From contig CAYFZO010000001.1 in assembly GCA_964347615.1 (NCBI GenBank), forward strand, positions 61,559 to 125,558: a DNA stretch of 64,000 nucleotides, read 5' to 3'. A program made the position numbers and the translations under genes. Below, in pieces: positions 51,286 through 59,888 of this stretch. Every line of letters begins with the position of its first letter. The stretch's first letter is position 1. Below the pieces are notes generated by a model. It did not search any database and was not told where the DNA came from. It worked only from the letters and a program-made list of their open reading frames with translations. Source of the stretch: an uncultured Chromatiales bacterium (GTDB lineage: Bacteria; Pseudomonadota; Gammaproteobacteria; Poriferisulfidales; Oxydemutatoraceae).

Positions 51286-51969
51286 TCAACCCGCACTCTC
51301 AACCTCGGGCAACGTCCCCCAAACAATCAGATGACGATCACTGATTGATTCCATCTTGAAATCGAGACGCGCTTCGGTCAGCTGCGCTTGTAACTCTTGC
51401 GGCGTAAACGCGGCAAGCAATGAATTATAAAAGTCACGCCGCAAGATCTCCGGTTCTCCGGCGGCGTATCGATCAACTATCCCGGCAGCGGCGCGTTCGC
51501 TGTCGGGACGCTTGAGATCCGCGACAAACACCCGTCCTCCGGGCTTGGCGATGCTCTTCACCGTCTCCCAGAGGGTTTGCGGCTCGTGCAAGTGATGAAG
51601 CAGGCTGTTGGACGCAACGACGTCGTAGTGCAGAGACGGCAGCGACGGCGCCGGCAACGTGGCTTGTATCAAACGGACGCGCTTGGTCAGACCGACGTCT
51701 TTGACCGCCCTTTCGGCACAATCGAGCATTGCGCGCGAACCGTCAATCGCGTCGACGTTGAAACCGGGCTGCAGACCGGCAATACGGATCGCGATATCGG
51801 CGGGACCGCAACCGAGGTCCGCCACCATCGCCGTTTGCGGCAGTGAAGGAAATACCCGCTGAAACCAACCGACGACGTTTGCATGCGGTTCAGAAAAATC
51901 AGCCGCCGCGTACGCCCGCACCTGGGCCTCGTCGGTCATCAATTCAGGCTCGGTGCGACGTGCAAGCAT
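51286..51969 (-). CDS. class I SAM-dependent methyltransferase
   Basis: Motif I VADLGCGPADIA, then DVVASNSLLHHL and KPGGRVFVADL. Substrate unknown. Confidence 0.8.
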   Translation of the reverse strand: MLARRTEPELMTDEAQVRAYAAADFSEPHANVVGWFQRVFPSLPQTAMVADLGCGPADIAIRIAGLQPGFNVDAIDGSRAMLDCAERAVKDVGLTKRVRLIQATLPAPSLPSLHYDVVASNSLLHHLHEPQTLWETVKSIAKPGGRVFVADLKRPDSERAAAGIVDRYAAGEPEILRRDFYNSLLAAFTPQELQAQLTEARLDFKMESISDRHLIVWGTLPEVESAG

Positions 51970-52080
51970 CCGACTTCATGCACTCTCGGCGCCTGCAACC
52001 CGTTGCGTCACGGCGCCGCGCAAGCGCACAACGGCGAACTTGCGAAACTCGCGCCGCCGGAATCAATCACCGTTACCGAA

Positions 52081-52176
52081 TTACTTTTGCGGGGAGTGTG
52101 CAATCAAGTACATCAGGAACACGAGCAGGCCGACCAGAATAATCGGCGAAATCATGTTTTCAAACGGCAGTTTCAT
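52081..52176 (-). CDS. candidate 31-aa single-TM peptide
   Basis: ATG 52176 is preceded by GAGGAG with 8-nt spacing. MKLPFENMISPIILVGLLVFLMYLIAHSPQK*. The 112-aa track ORF containing it is mostly an alternative frame of the upstream gene's end. Confidence 0.4.
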   Translation of the reverse strand: MKLPFENMISPIILVGLLVFLMYLIAHSPQK

Positions 52177-52339
52177 GCTGTTTTCTCCTCTACCGGTTTC
52201 CTTGCAGGAGAAGCAAGTATATACAAGCTCGGGCACTTCTCCAATACTGCCTTGGCTCCCGTCCGCCGGCGGTGAGAACGTCTCGGGGGCCGGAATACCC
52301 TCCCCAGGCGCAGGTTCCGCCGCCGCGCGACCGTCCGCC

Positions 52340-53641
52340 TCAAGAACGAATGCTTGGCGAACGAAGAAGCGGTGCAAGCTGCGGAAAAAGTTCGGCCAGG
52401 CGGACGGCAACGCCGTCAAAGTCCGGCGCCGAGACGTCGACCGGAATAATCTTCCTCGACGGGTTGTCCTTAAGGAAATCTCGCAGCGGTTTCCCCGAAA
52501 CGGGTTTATGCAAAAGGACGGCGGGAGGTGTCTCGGCGGAAGAATAAAGCCGATCCATCAGACGAAAAGCCATCATCTGGCTTGGGAACGCAACAACCAG
52601 CAGATTCGCCGTCGCAACGGCGTCAATCAGCTTGATCAATTTACCGGGCGTTTCACCGATGGTCGAAACGCTGTTCTTTACTTTCTTCAGGGGTTTGAAT
52701 TCACGCGCATAACGTTTACGTTGCTTAAGCAAGGCCTTGAGCTGCTTTCGGAGCAGTCCCAGACTGCTACCTCTGCGAGGATGATTGTTATCCGAAAGGA
52801 TTTGCGGAAAAGTTCTCTCGAAGCCGTCGGAAAAAATTTGCAAAGCGAACGCGTTATCATCAAAACGGGTGCTTATGCCCTGAATGAAATCGTAAAAATC
52901 GGCGACGGTCAACTGGTGAAACTCACTCTCGTTCCGGTATTCGTGCCATGCAGGGTTCTTCTCTTGTCTTCCCCAACAAATCCAAGTTTTCCACGGTGTT
53001 CTCACCGGAGCCACGTCGCCCAGGCGGATATGCATCAGAGTTTTCAGCCCTTGTTCGGGAAAACGCGACTTTGGAAAGGCGCTACGACGATGTTCCGAGT
53101 AAATTGCTCGAGGATTCAAATCATCGATCGAGTCTGGGATTGAACGCACGACTGCTTTGAGCAAACTCAAAGGATAAATTAAGCGTATAGACACCGCTAA
53201 GGGACGGTCGGAAAGAGGTTCGCGGGATACGATCTCCTTGATCCAGCGTTGCAAACCGTCGAGGGAGGTGATGCCTTGTTTCTCAAGGACGCGGTCTCCC
53301 AAAACAATTTCCACTTTTTTGCACTCCGTTAGTGCGGGGTGCCTTTCCGCTTTTGCTTCACGGGAAAAGTGTTCGGTCAAGCCCATGTGATCGTATATTG
53401 AAGGGTGATTTCGAACAAACCATCGATACACTCGATTAACTTTTTTCGCCAGAAACCAAGGCAAAGTCAAGGGCATCATTAGCCCTGTGTTCCTCCGATT
53501 CGCCGTTCGGCGGTGAATATAAACGTACCCCAAAGACAATCCTAATTTCCGCACCGTTTTTATCTGACCAAGATGGTCAGTCAATCCTACCGAAGAATTG
53601 AGCACAAGCGTAAAATACGTCTTTTGGGGAATCATATACAT
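52340..53641 (-). CDS. tandem paralog 1 of an unknown roughly 430-aa protein with fucosyltransferase-like (GT11/POFUT-type) motifs
   Basis: 433 aa and AT-richer. Motifs in GT11-like order are N-terminal SSVGLTDHLGQ, then LMHIRLGDV, LQIFSDGFE and DAVATANLLVVAFPSQMM. Start is ATG 53641 or 53635. Confidence 0.75.
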   Translation of the reverse strand: MYMIPQKTYFTLVLNSSVGLTDHLGQIKTVRKLGLSLGYVYIHRRTANRRNTGLMMPLTLPWFLAKKVNRVYRWFVRNHPSIYDHMGLTEHFSREAKAERHPALTECKKVEIVLGDRVLEKQGITSLDGLQRWIKEIVSREPLSDRPLAVSIRLIYPLSLLKAVVRSIPDSIDDLNPRAIYSEHRRSAFPKSRFPEQGLKTLMHIRLGDVAPVRTPWKTWICWGRQEKNPAWHEYRNESEFHQLTVADFYDFIQGISTRFDDNAFALQIFSDGFERTFPQILSDNNHPRRGSSLGLLRKQLKALLKQRKRYAREFKPLKKVKNSVSTIGETPGKLIKLIDAVATANLLVVAFPSQMMAFRLMDRLYSSAETPPAVLLHKPVSGKPLRDFLKDNPSRKIIPVDVSAPDFDGVAVRLAELFPQLAPLLRSPSIRS

Positions 53642-53690
53642 AGATCCGCAAGGGATTCAGCATCAATTTGACGCTTTGCCGGCCTCATGC
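53632..53690 (+). repeat. fragment of the intergenic repeat family at the paralog 2/1 junction
   Basis: tcatatacatagatccgcaagggattcagcatcaatttgacgctttgccggcctcatgc shares the tatatac head and the atcaatttgacgc..tcatgc core. Confidence 0.35.
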
Positions 53691-54973
53691 TTCGGCGAAC
53701 GAAGAAGCGGTGCAAGCTGCGGAAAAAGTTCGGCCAGGCGGACGGCAACGCCGTCAAAGTCCGGCGCCGAGACGTCGACCGGAATAATCTTCCTCGACGG
53801 GTTGTCCTTAAGGAAATCTCGCAGCTGTTTCCCCGAAACGGGTTTATGCAAAAGGACGGCGGGAGGTGTCTCAGCGGAAGAATAAAGCCGATCCATCAGA
53901 TTAAAAGCCATCACCTGGCTTGGGAACGCAACAATCAGCAGATTCGCCGTCGCGACGGCGTCAACCAGCTTGGTCAATTTGCCGGGCGTTTCACCGATGG
54001 TCGAAACACTGTTCTTTACTTTCTTCAGGATCTTGAGTTCACGCGCACAACGTTTACGTTGCTTAAGCAAGGCTTTGAGCTGCTTTCGGAATAGCCCCAA
54101 ACCTACACGAGGAGCATTGTTCCAGAGAAGGATTTGTAAAAAAGCTCTCTCGAAGCCGTCGGAAAAAATTTGCAAAGCGAACGCGTTATCATCAAAACGG
54201 GTGCTTATGCCCTGAATGAAATCGTAAAAATCGGCGACGGTCAACTGGTGAAACTCACTCTCGTTCCGGTATTCGTGCCATGCAGGGTTCTTCTCTTGTC
54301 TTCCCCAACAAATCCAAGTTTTCCACGGTGTTCTCACCGGAGCCACGTCGCCCAGGCGGATATGCATCAGAGTTTTCAGCCCTTGTTCGGGAAAACGCGA
54401 CTTTGGAAAGGCGCTACGACGATGTTCCGAGTAAATTGCTCGAGGATTCAAATCATCGATCGAGTCTGGGATTGAACGCACGACTGCTTTGAGCAAACTC
54501 AAAGGATAAATTAAGCGTATAGACACCGCTAAGGGACGGTCGGAAAGAGGTTCGCGGGATACGATCTCCTTGATCCAGCGTTGCAAACCGTCGAGGGAGG
54601 TGATGCCTTGTTTCTCAAGGACGCGGTCTCCCAAAACAATTTCCACTTTTTTGCACTCCGTTAGTGCGGGGTGCCTTTCCGCTTTTGCTTCACGGGAAAA
54701 GTGTTCGGTCAAGCCCATGTGATCGTATATTGAAGGGTGATTTCGAACAAACCATCGATACACTCGATTAACTTTTTTCGCCAGGAACCAAGGCAAAGTC
54801 AAGGGCATCATTATCCCTGTGTTCCTCCAATTTGACGGGCGGCGGTGAATATAGACGTACCCCAAAGACAATCCTAATTTCCGCACCATTCCTATCCGAC
54901 CAAGATAGTCAATCAACCCTACCGAAGAATCGATCACAAGCGTAAAATATGTCTTTTGGGGAATCATACACAT
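53663..54973 (-). CDS. tandem paralog 2 (same family), altered C-terminus
   Basis: 436 aa. Residues about 55-265 are identical to paralog 1. The C-terminus reads ...LRSPKHEAGKASN rather than LRSPSIRS because the ORF runs into the leader of paralog 1. Confidence 0.75.
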   Translation of the reverse strand: MCMIPQKTYFTLVIDSSVGLIDYLGRIGMVRKLGLSLGYVYIHRRPSNWRNTGIMMPLTLPWFLAKKVNRVYRWFVRNHPSIYDHMGLTEHFSREAKAERHPALTECKKVEIVLGDRVLEKQGITSLDGLQRWIKEIVSREPLSDRPLAVSIRLIYPLSLLKAVVRSIPDSIDDLNPRAIYSEHRRSAFPKSRFPEQGLKTLMHIRLGDVAPVRTPWKTWICWGRQEKNPAWHEYRNESEFHQLTVADFYDFIQGISTRFDDNAFALQIFSDGFERAFLQILLWNNAPRVGLGLFRKQLKALLKQRKRCARELKILKKVKNSVSTIGETPGKLTKLVDAVATANLLIVAFPSQVMAFNLMDRLYSSAETPPAVLLHKPVSGKQLRDFLKDNPSRKIIPVDVSAPDFDGVAVRLAELFPQLAPLLRSPKHEAGKASN

Positions 54974-55022
54974 AGATCCGCAAAGGATTCAGCATCAATT
55001 TGACGCTTTGCCGGCCTCATGC
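54964..55022 (+). repeat. fragment of the intergenic repeat family upstream of paralog 2
   Basis: tcatacacatagatccgcaaaggattcagcatcaatttgacgctttgccggcctcatgc is nearly identical to 53632-53690. Confidence 0.35.
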
Positions 55023-55049
55023 TGCAAGGTGCTGCTGACCGGCTTCGCT

Positions 55050-55137
55050 TCCTGGTCTCGAAAAAACCACCCGCGACGTAAGCCTGAACTTGGACCTCAC
55101 CGGTCATCAATTCAGGTGGTGTGCGGCGTTCAAACAT
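55050..55137 (-). pseudogene. relic of the 5' end of the SAM methyltransferase gene (about 28 codons)
   Basis: MFERRTPPELMTGEVQVQAYVAGGFFE here compares with MLARRTEPELMTDEAQVRAYAAADFSE at 51969. The shared nucleotide string is ggtcatcaattcagg. Confidence 0.6.
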
Positions 55138-55174
55138 CCGAGTTATGCGCTTCACGGATCCTGGACCGTAGACC

Positions 55175-56461
55175 TCAAGAACGAATGCTTGGCGAACGAA
55201 GAAGCGGCGCAAGCTGCGGAAAAAGTTCGACCAAACGGACGGCAACGTCGTCAAAGTCCGGCGCCGAAACGTCGACCGGAATAATCTTCCTCGACGGGTT
55301 GTCTTTAAGGAAGTCTCGTAGCTGTTTCCCCGAAACGGGTTTATGCAAAAGGACGGCGGGAGGCGTCTCGGCGGAAGAAGAAAGCCGATTCATCAGATGA
55401 AAAGCCATCATCTGGCTTGGGAACGCAACAATCAGCAGATTCGCCGTCGCGACGGCGTCAATCAGCTTGGTCAATTTGCCGGGCGTTTCACCGATGGTCG
55501 AAACGCTGTTCTTTACTTTCTTCAGGGGTTTGAGTTCACGCGCATAACGTTTACGTTGCTTAAGCAAGGCTTTGAGCTGCTTCCGGAGCAGTCCCACACC
55601 GCTACCTCCACGAGGATGATTGTTATCCGAAAGGATTTGCGAAAAAAATCTCTCGAAGCCGTCGGAAAAAATTTGCAAGGCGAACGCGTTATCATCAAAA
55701 TGGGTGCTTATGCCTCGAATGAAATCGTAAAAATCGGCGACGGTCAACTGGTGAAATTCACTCTCGTTCCGGCATTCTTGCCACGCAGAGCGCTTCAATT
55801 GTTTATCCCAATAAATCCAGGTGTTCCACGGTGTTCTCACCGGAGCCACGTCGCCCAGGCGGATATGCACCAGAGTTTTCAGCCCTTGTTCAGGAAAACG
55901 CGACTTTGAAAGGGCGCTCCGATGACGTTCCGAGTAAATCGCTCGAAGATTCAAATCATCGATCGAGTCTGGAATTGAGCGCAAGACTGCTTTGAATAAA
56001 CTCAAAGGAGAAACTAAGCATATAGACACCACTAAGGGGCGGTCGGAAAGAGATTCTCGGGATACGATCTCCCTGATCCAGCGTTGCAAACCGTCGAGGG
56101 AGGTGATGCCTTGTTCCTTAAGGATGCGGTCTCCCAAAACAATATCCACTTTTTTACATTCCGTGAGTGCAGGGAGCCTTTCCGCTTTTGCTTCACGGGA
56201 AAAGTGTTCGGTCAAGCCTAGGTGATCGTATATCGGAAAGTGATTTCGAACAAACCATCGATACATTTTATTAACCGCTTTCGCCAGAAACCAAGGCAAA
56301 GTCAAGGGCATCATTATCCCTTCGTTTCTCCACTCGCGCGGTTGTTTGTAAATATAGACGTGCCCCAAAGACAACCCTAATTTCCGTGTCAAGTGCATCC
56401 GGTCCAAATTATCTCTTAACCCTGCTGACAAACCATCAGACGTAAAATATACTTTCTTCAT
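55175..56461 (-). CDS. tandem paralog 3 (same family, most divergent)
   Basis: ATG 56461 (MKKVYFTSDGLSAGLRDNL...). It has the same motifs (VHIRLGDV, LQIFSDGFE) and ends LRSPSIRS like paralog 1. The N-terminal extension in the track ORF is unsupported. Confidence 0.75.
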   Translation of the reverse strand: MKKVYFTSDGLSAGLRDNLDRMHLTRKLGLSLGHVYIYKQPREWRNEGIMMPLTLPWFLAKAVNKMYRWFVRNHFPIYDHLGLTEHFSREAKAERLPALTECKKVDIVLGDRILKEQGITSLDGLQRWIREIVSRESLSDRPLVVSICLVSPLSLFKAVLRSIPDSIDDLNLRAIYSERHRSALSKSRFPEQGLKTLVHIRLGDVAPVRTPWNTWIYWDKQLKRSAWQECRNESEFHQLTVADFYDFIRGISTHFDDNAFALQIFSDGFERFFSQILSDNNHPRGGSGVGLLRKQLKALLKQRKRYARELKPLKKVKNSVSTIGETPGKLTKLIDAVATANLLIVAFPSQMMAFHLMNRLSSSAETPPAVLLHKPVSGKQLRDFLKDNPSRKIIPVDVSAPDFDDVAVRLVELFPQLAPLLRSPSIRS

Positions 56462-56650
56462 CAACTTGGCGACGTAAGTTCTTGTCTGTGGGGTGCTAAC
56501 GGGCAAAAGGCAACAAGCTGCAATCGGTTTCACGGAACAAACCGGAAACCGGATCCTCGCCCACCGCACCGCGACGTGATGAGGTTGAAGAAAGAGCTAA
56601 GCACCTAAACGCTTGTAAAAACGATAACACCTTATGGTACGCTGCCTTGG

Positions 56651-57268
56651 TCAATAGACAACGGTGTCCGGATCTATGCTGCGCCACAGGTACCAGGTCG
56701 CCACGGTGCGCCACGGAGACCAGGTTTCACCCAGAACAAGAATTTGCTCGCAATCAAGGTTGCGGCCGTAGAGTTTACGCACCGCGTTGACCAGCCCCAA
56801 ATCACCGACGGGATAAACGTCCGGATGTTTCAAATAAAAAATTGCGAACATCTGAAAAGTCCACTCTCCGACGCCTTTGACCTCCGTCAGCCGTCTGTGA
56901 ATGGCATCGAAATCGTGTCGTTTCCAATAGCCGTCGGTAACCCGCTCGGCAATAAAAAAATCAGCGGCGGACTTGAGAAAGCGAGCCTTGTTTTCAGACA
57001 AGCCGCATTTGCGCAACGTCCCGTGCCGGCGGCGGTTGACGTTATCAGGTGTCAAACGACCGATTCTGTGCTCAAGTTTCGAACGGATGCTGTCGGCGGC
57101 TTTCAGCGATATCTGCTGACCGATGATCGCTCGGCACAAAGTCTCAAAAGCGTCAGCCCCGCCCCGCAGGCGGTCGCCGGAAAACCTGCGAATCAACTCG
57201 CCCATCCGTGCGTCCCGACGCGACAGCACGCGGCAGGCTTTTTGCCAGTAGTCGGGGGATTCAGCCAC
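56651..57268 (-). CDS. alkA: DNA-3-methyladenine glycosylase II family (HhH-GPD)
   Basis: AIIGQQISLKAA and the HhH motif VKGVGEWTFQMFAIF, followed by PVGDLGL. Confidence 0.8.
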   Translation of the reverse strand: MAESPDYWQKACRVLSRRDARMGELIRRFSGDRLRGGADAFETLCRAIIGQQISLKAADSIRSKLEHRIGRLTPDNVNRRRHGTLRKCGLSENKARFLKSAADFFIAERVTDGYWKRHDFDAIHRRLTEVKGVGEWTFQMFAIFYLKHPDVYPVGDLGLVNAVRKLYGRNLDCEQILVLGETWSPWRTVATWYLWRSIDPDTVVY

Positions 57269-57316
57269 CAGGGTCGTCTTTCAAAAACAGCGGGGTTCGG
57301 TGATTATACTACCACC

Positions 57317-58144
57317 ATGCGCGTTTTCTACTCCAAGATGCACGGCCTCGGCAATGACTTCATGCTGGTCGATGCGTGCAAACAAACGTTCTCCCCGGAC
57401 GCCGAGCTGGTACGCCGATGGGCACGTCGGCGCACCGGCGTAGGTTTTGACCAACTGCTCGTAATCGAACCTTGCGACGATGCCGATTTCGCGTTTCGCA
57501 CGTTCAACGCCGACGGAACCGAAGCGCAACAGTGCGGCAACGGCGCCCGTTGCGTCGCGCACTTCGCACGGAAAAACCGACTGGTACACGGGACAACGAT
57601 GCGTGCACTGACCGGCGGACGGATCATACGCTTGGAAACCTTGCCGAGCGGTCGCGTTTGCGCGGAAATGGGAACACCCTCGTTCGTACCGACCGACGTC
57701 CCTTTCCTGTGCGACGAGCCTGCCGACGCTTATCCGCTCACGCTCGAAGGCCGGCGGTTGCGCGTGGGAGTCGTATCGATGGGCAATCCGCACGCGGTAA
57801 CGCAAGTCGACGACCTTGACGGTTACCCGGTGGCGCAAGTGGGTCAAGCGTTGCAGTCCCTCGGCCGATTTCCGGAAAGCGTCAACGCGGGCTTCATGCG
57901 AATCGAGAGCCGCCGTGGACTGTCGCTGCGGGTCTTCGAGCGCGGCGCCGGAGAAACTCCGGCTTGCGGCAGCGGCGCTTGCGCGGCGGTCGCCGTCGGG
58001 CGGCGCTGGGGATTGCTGGACAACGCCGTCCGGGTGACGCAACGCGGCGGGGCCCTTGACGTCGAATGGAACGGCGCAGGCGAGAGCGTCAAGATGACGG
58101 GGCCGGCGGAACACGTCTACGACGGAGAGATCGAGTATGAGTGA
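57317..58144 (+). CDS. dapF: diaminopimelate epimerase
   Basis: MRVFYSKMHGLGNDFMLVD, CGNGARC and ACGSGACA. ATG 57317 lies inside the longer track ORF. Confidence 0.95.
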   Translation: MRVFYSKMHGLGNDFMLVDACKQTFSPDAELVRRWARRRTGVGFDQLLVIEPCDDADFAFRTFNADGTEAQQCGNGARCVAHFARKNRLVHGTTMRALTGGRIIRLETLPSGRVCAEMGTPSFVPTDVPFLCDEPADAYPLTLEGRRLRVGVVSMGNPHAVTQVDDLDGYPVAQVGQALQSLGRFPESVNAGFMRIESRRGLSLRVFERGAGETPACGSGACAAVAVGRRWGLLDNAVRVTQRGGALDVEWNGAGESVKMTGPAEHVYDGEIEYE

Positions 58145-58928
58145 GAAAAAACCTGAAACGGCGCGGGGCGAATCCGACGACCACAACGACGCGAGCGTCG
58201 CCGCCTATCTCTCGGAACGTCCCGACTTTTTCACGCGACACCCCGAGGTGTTGGCACGGCTTGAGATCAAGCACGACGCGCACGGCGCGGTTTCCCTGCT
58301 GGAGAAACAAGTCGCCGTGTTGCGCAACAAGAGCAGCGGCGCCGAGATCGACCGCGCCGAATTGATAAAGCTTGCGCGCGCCAACGCAAACTTAAGCACG
58401 TGTTTACACGAAACCGCTCTTGAACTGCTGCGAAATTGCACCCGTCCTTTCCCTTCACGCGCCGCCAAAGCCGGCAGAATCCTGCAGACGTGCAAAACGG
58501 TTTTTGAAAGGCACGTTCCCGAAGTGTCCTTATTCATATACTGGCTGCACGGTTTTTTTGCGGACGAGACGCGTAACGACGACGTTATCGTGCTCGACGA
58601 GAAAGACCAGCGGGTCTCGACGCTTGTCGGGTCGCTTTTCGCGGCGGGGGAGTTCCACTGCGAGCCGCTCGACGGGCCCGCGCGCGCGGCCTTGTTCGGC
58701 CGCTTCGCGCCGGCAATCCGCTCGAGCCTGGCGGCGACGCTGTTTGAACCGGTCACGCACGGGCGCATGGGGGTATTGGTGTTGACCAGCGGCGATACCT
58801 CGCGCTTTACCCCGGGCAAGGGCACGATGTTTCTGGTACAACTGGCGCAGTTGATCGAATCCCCCTTTTATCCCGCCGCCGGGACGGGGAGCGAAGCCGA
58901 AGATCGAAGCGGAAAAGGAAGGAGCTGA
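58137..58928 (+). CDS. DUF484 family protein
   Basis: VAAYLSERPDFFTRHPEVLARLEI..GAVSLLEKQVAVLR, in the conserved position between dapF and xerC. Confidence 0.8.
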   Translation: MSEKKPETARGESDDHNDASVAAYLSERPDFFTRHPEVLARLEIKHDAHGAVSLLEKQVAVLRNKSSGAEIDRAELIKLARANANLSTCLHETALELLRNCTRPFPSRAAKAGRILQTCKTVFERHVPEVSLFIYWLHGFFADETRNDDVIVLDEKDQRVSTLVGSLFAAGEFHCEPLDGPARAALFGRFAPAIRSSLAATLFEPVTHGRMGVLVLTSGDTSRFTPGKGTMFLVQLAQLIESPFYPAAGTGSEAEDRSGKGRS

Positions 58929-58935
58929 AAATCCG

Positions 58936-59826
58936 ATGTCTTTACCGCGTGAAGCGAATGATTTTCTTGCGGTGCTCGCACGCGAGAAAAACTACTCAAC
59001 CAACACCGTCGAAGCTTACCGGCGCGACCTGACCCGCTTTTTCGAGTATCTGGAAGCCGCCGGGACGGATTGGAAAAAGAGCGAGCCGAAGCACGTGCGC
59101 GACTACGTCTCCCGCCGCTTCTTCGACGGAGCCAAAGGTCGGACCCTGCAACGTGATTTGTCGAGCCTGAGAGGGTTCTACCGCCACTGTCTCGCCCGAG
59201 GCGACGTCGCTCGCAACCCGACGCTGGGAGTACGTCCGCCTCGTTCCGAAAAAAAACTGCCCGAAACCCTGACGATAGAACAAGTCGCTTCGTTGCTCGA
59301 AGTGCCGACGGAAAACGCACTGACGCTCAGGGACGTCGCAATCATGGAGCTGGCGTATTCGTCGGGCTTGCGCTTGTCCGAGTTGCTGCAACTGGCTTTG
59401 CACGACTTGGACCTCGAGGCGGGAACGGTACGCGTCGTCGGCAAAGGCTCAAAACAACGCGATTTGCCGGTGGGAAAAAGCGCGTGCCGGGTGATCCGTT
59501 GCTGGCTGAAACTGCGGGCGCAATTCGCGCACGAGGAAGAAGACGCCTTGTTCGTCAGCCGCCGCGGGCGACGACTGTCGCCGCGCGCGGTGCAAAAGCG
59601 CGTCGCTGAACACGCGAGAAAGTGCGGTCTGCAACCGCGTCTGCACCCCCACGTGCTGCGCCATTCTTTCGCCAGCCACGTCCTCGAATCATGCGGCGAC
59701 TTGCGCGCGGTCCAAGAGTTGCTGGGACACGCGAACATCAGCACGACGCAGATCTACACTCACCTTGACTTTCAGCATCTGGCGAAAGTCTATGACAAAG
59801 CGCATCCGCGCGCGAGACGACGCTGA
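58936..59826 (+). CDS. xerC: tyrosine recombinase XerC
   Basis: R..HxxR..Y catalytic pattern (HVLRHSFASH, TTQIYTH) in the dapF-DUF484-xerC context. Confidence 0.92.
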   Translation: MSLPREANDFLAVLAREKNYSTNTVEAYRRDLTRFFEYLEAAGTDWKKSEPKHVRDYVSRRFFDGAKGRTLQRDLSSLRGFYRHCLARGDVARNPTLGVRPPRSEKKLPETLTIEQVASLLEVPTENALTLRDVAIMELAYSSGLRLSELLQLALHDLDLEAGTVRVVGKGSKQRDLPVGKSACRVIRCWLKLRAQFAHEEEDALFVSRRGRRLSPRAVQKRVAEHARKCGLQPRLHPHVLRHSFASHVLESCGDLRAVQELLGHANISTTQIYTHLDFQHLAKVYDKAHPRARRR

Positions 59827-59888
59827 GTGTTTCCCCGCCGCCCGACCGGGCGATAATGTAAAATCAACGCTTTGGACAGAGATAACGC

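Larger units (their letters stand above)
52340..56461 (-). repeat. tandem gene triplication (periods about 1332 and about 1497 bp)
   Basis: Identical reverse-frame ORFs at 52948-53160 and 54280-54492 give an offset of 1332. MQKDGG... ORFs at 53846 and 55343 give an offset of 1497. Confidence 0.9.

Noticed and set aside
52177-52419. The N-terminal two thirds of track ORF 52081-52419, and the analogous ORF 54964-55254 (MT[AT]LPS.W.NFFRSL.RFFVRQAFVLE).
   Set aside because: The conserved parts are simply an alternative frame of the 3' ends of the tandem paralogs. Only the last 31 codons of the first ORF (own SD) and the methyltransferase relic in the second have independent support.
52340-56461. 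Regularly spaced repeats considered as a CRISPR-like array.
   Set aside because: The units are 1.3-1.5 kb protein-coding genes, not 25-40-nt repeats with spacers. No cas genes are present.
55175-56569. 36-aa N-terminal extension of paralog 3 in the ORF track (MRWARIRFPVCSVKP...).
   Set aside because: It has no counterpart in paralogs 1 and 2. The alignment begins at MKKVYFT (ATG 56461), which corresponds to MIPQKTYFT in the others.
58936-59826. Tyrosine recombinase as a marker of a mobile element.
   Set aside because: It sits in the housekeeping dapF-DUF484-xerC-hslVU arrangement with core-like composition, so it is the chromosome dimer resolvase XerC, not an island integrase.
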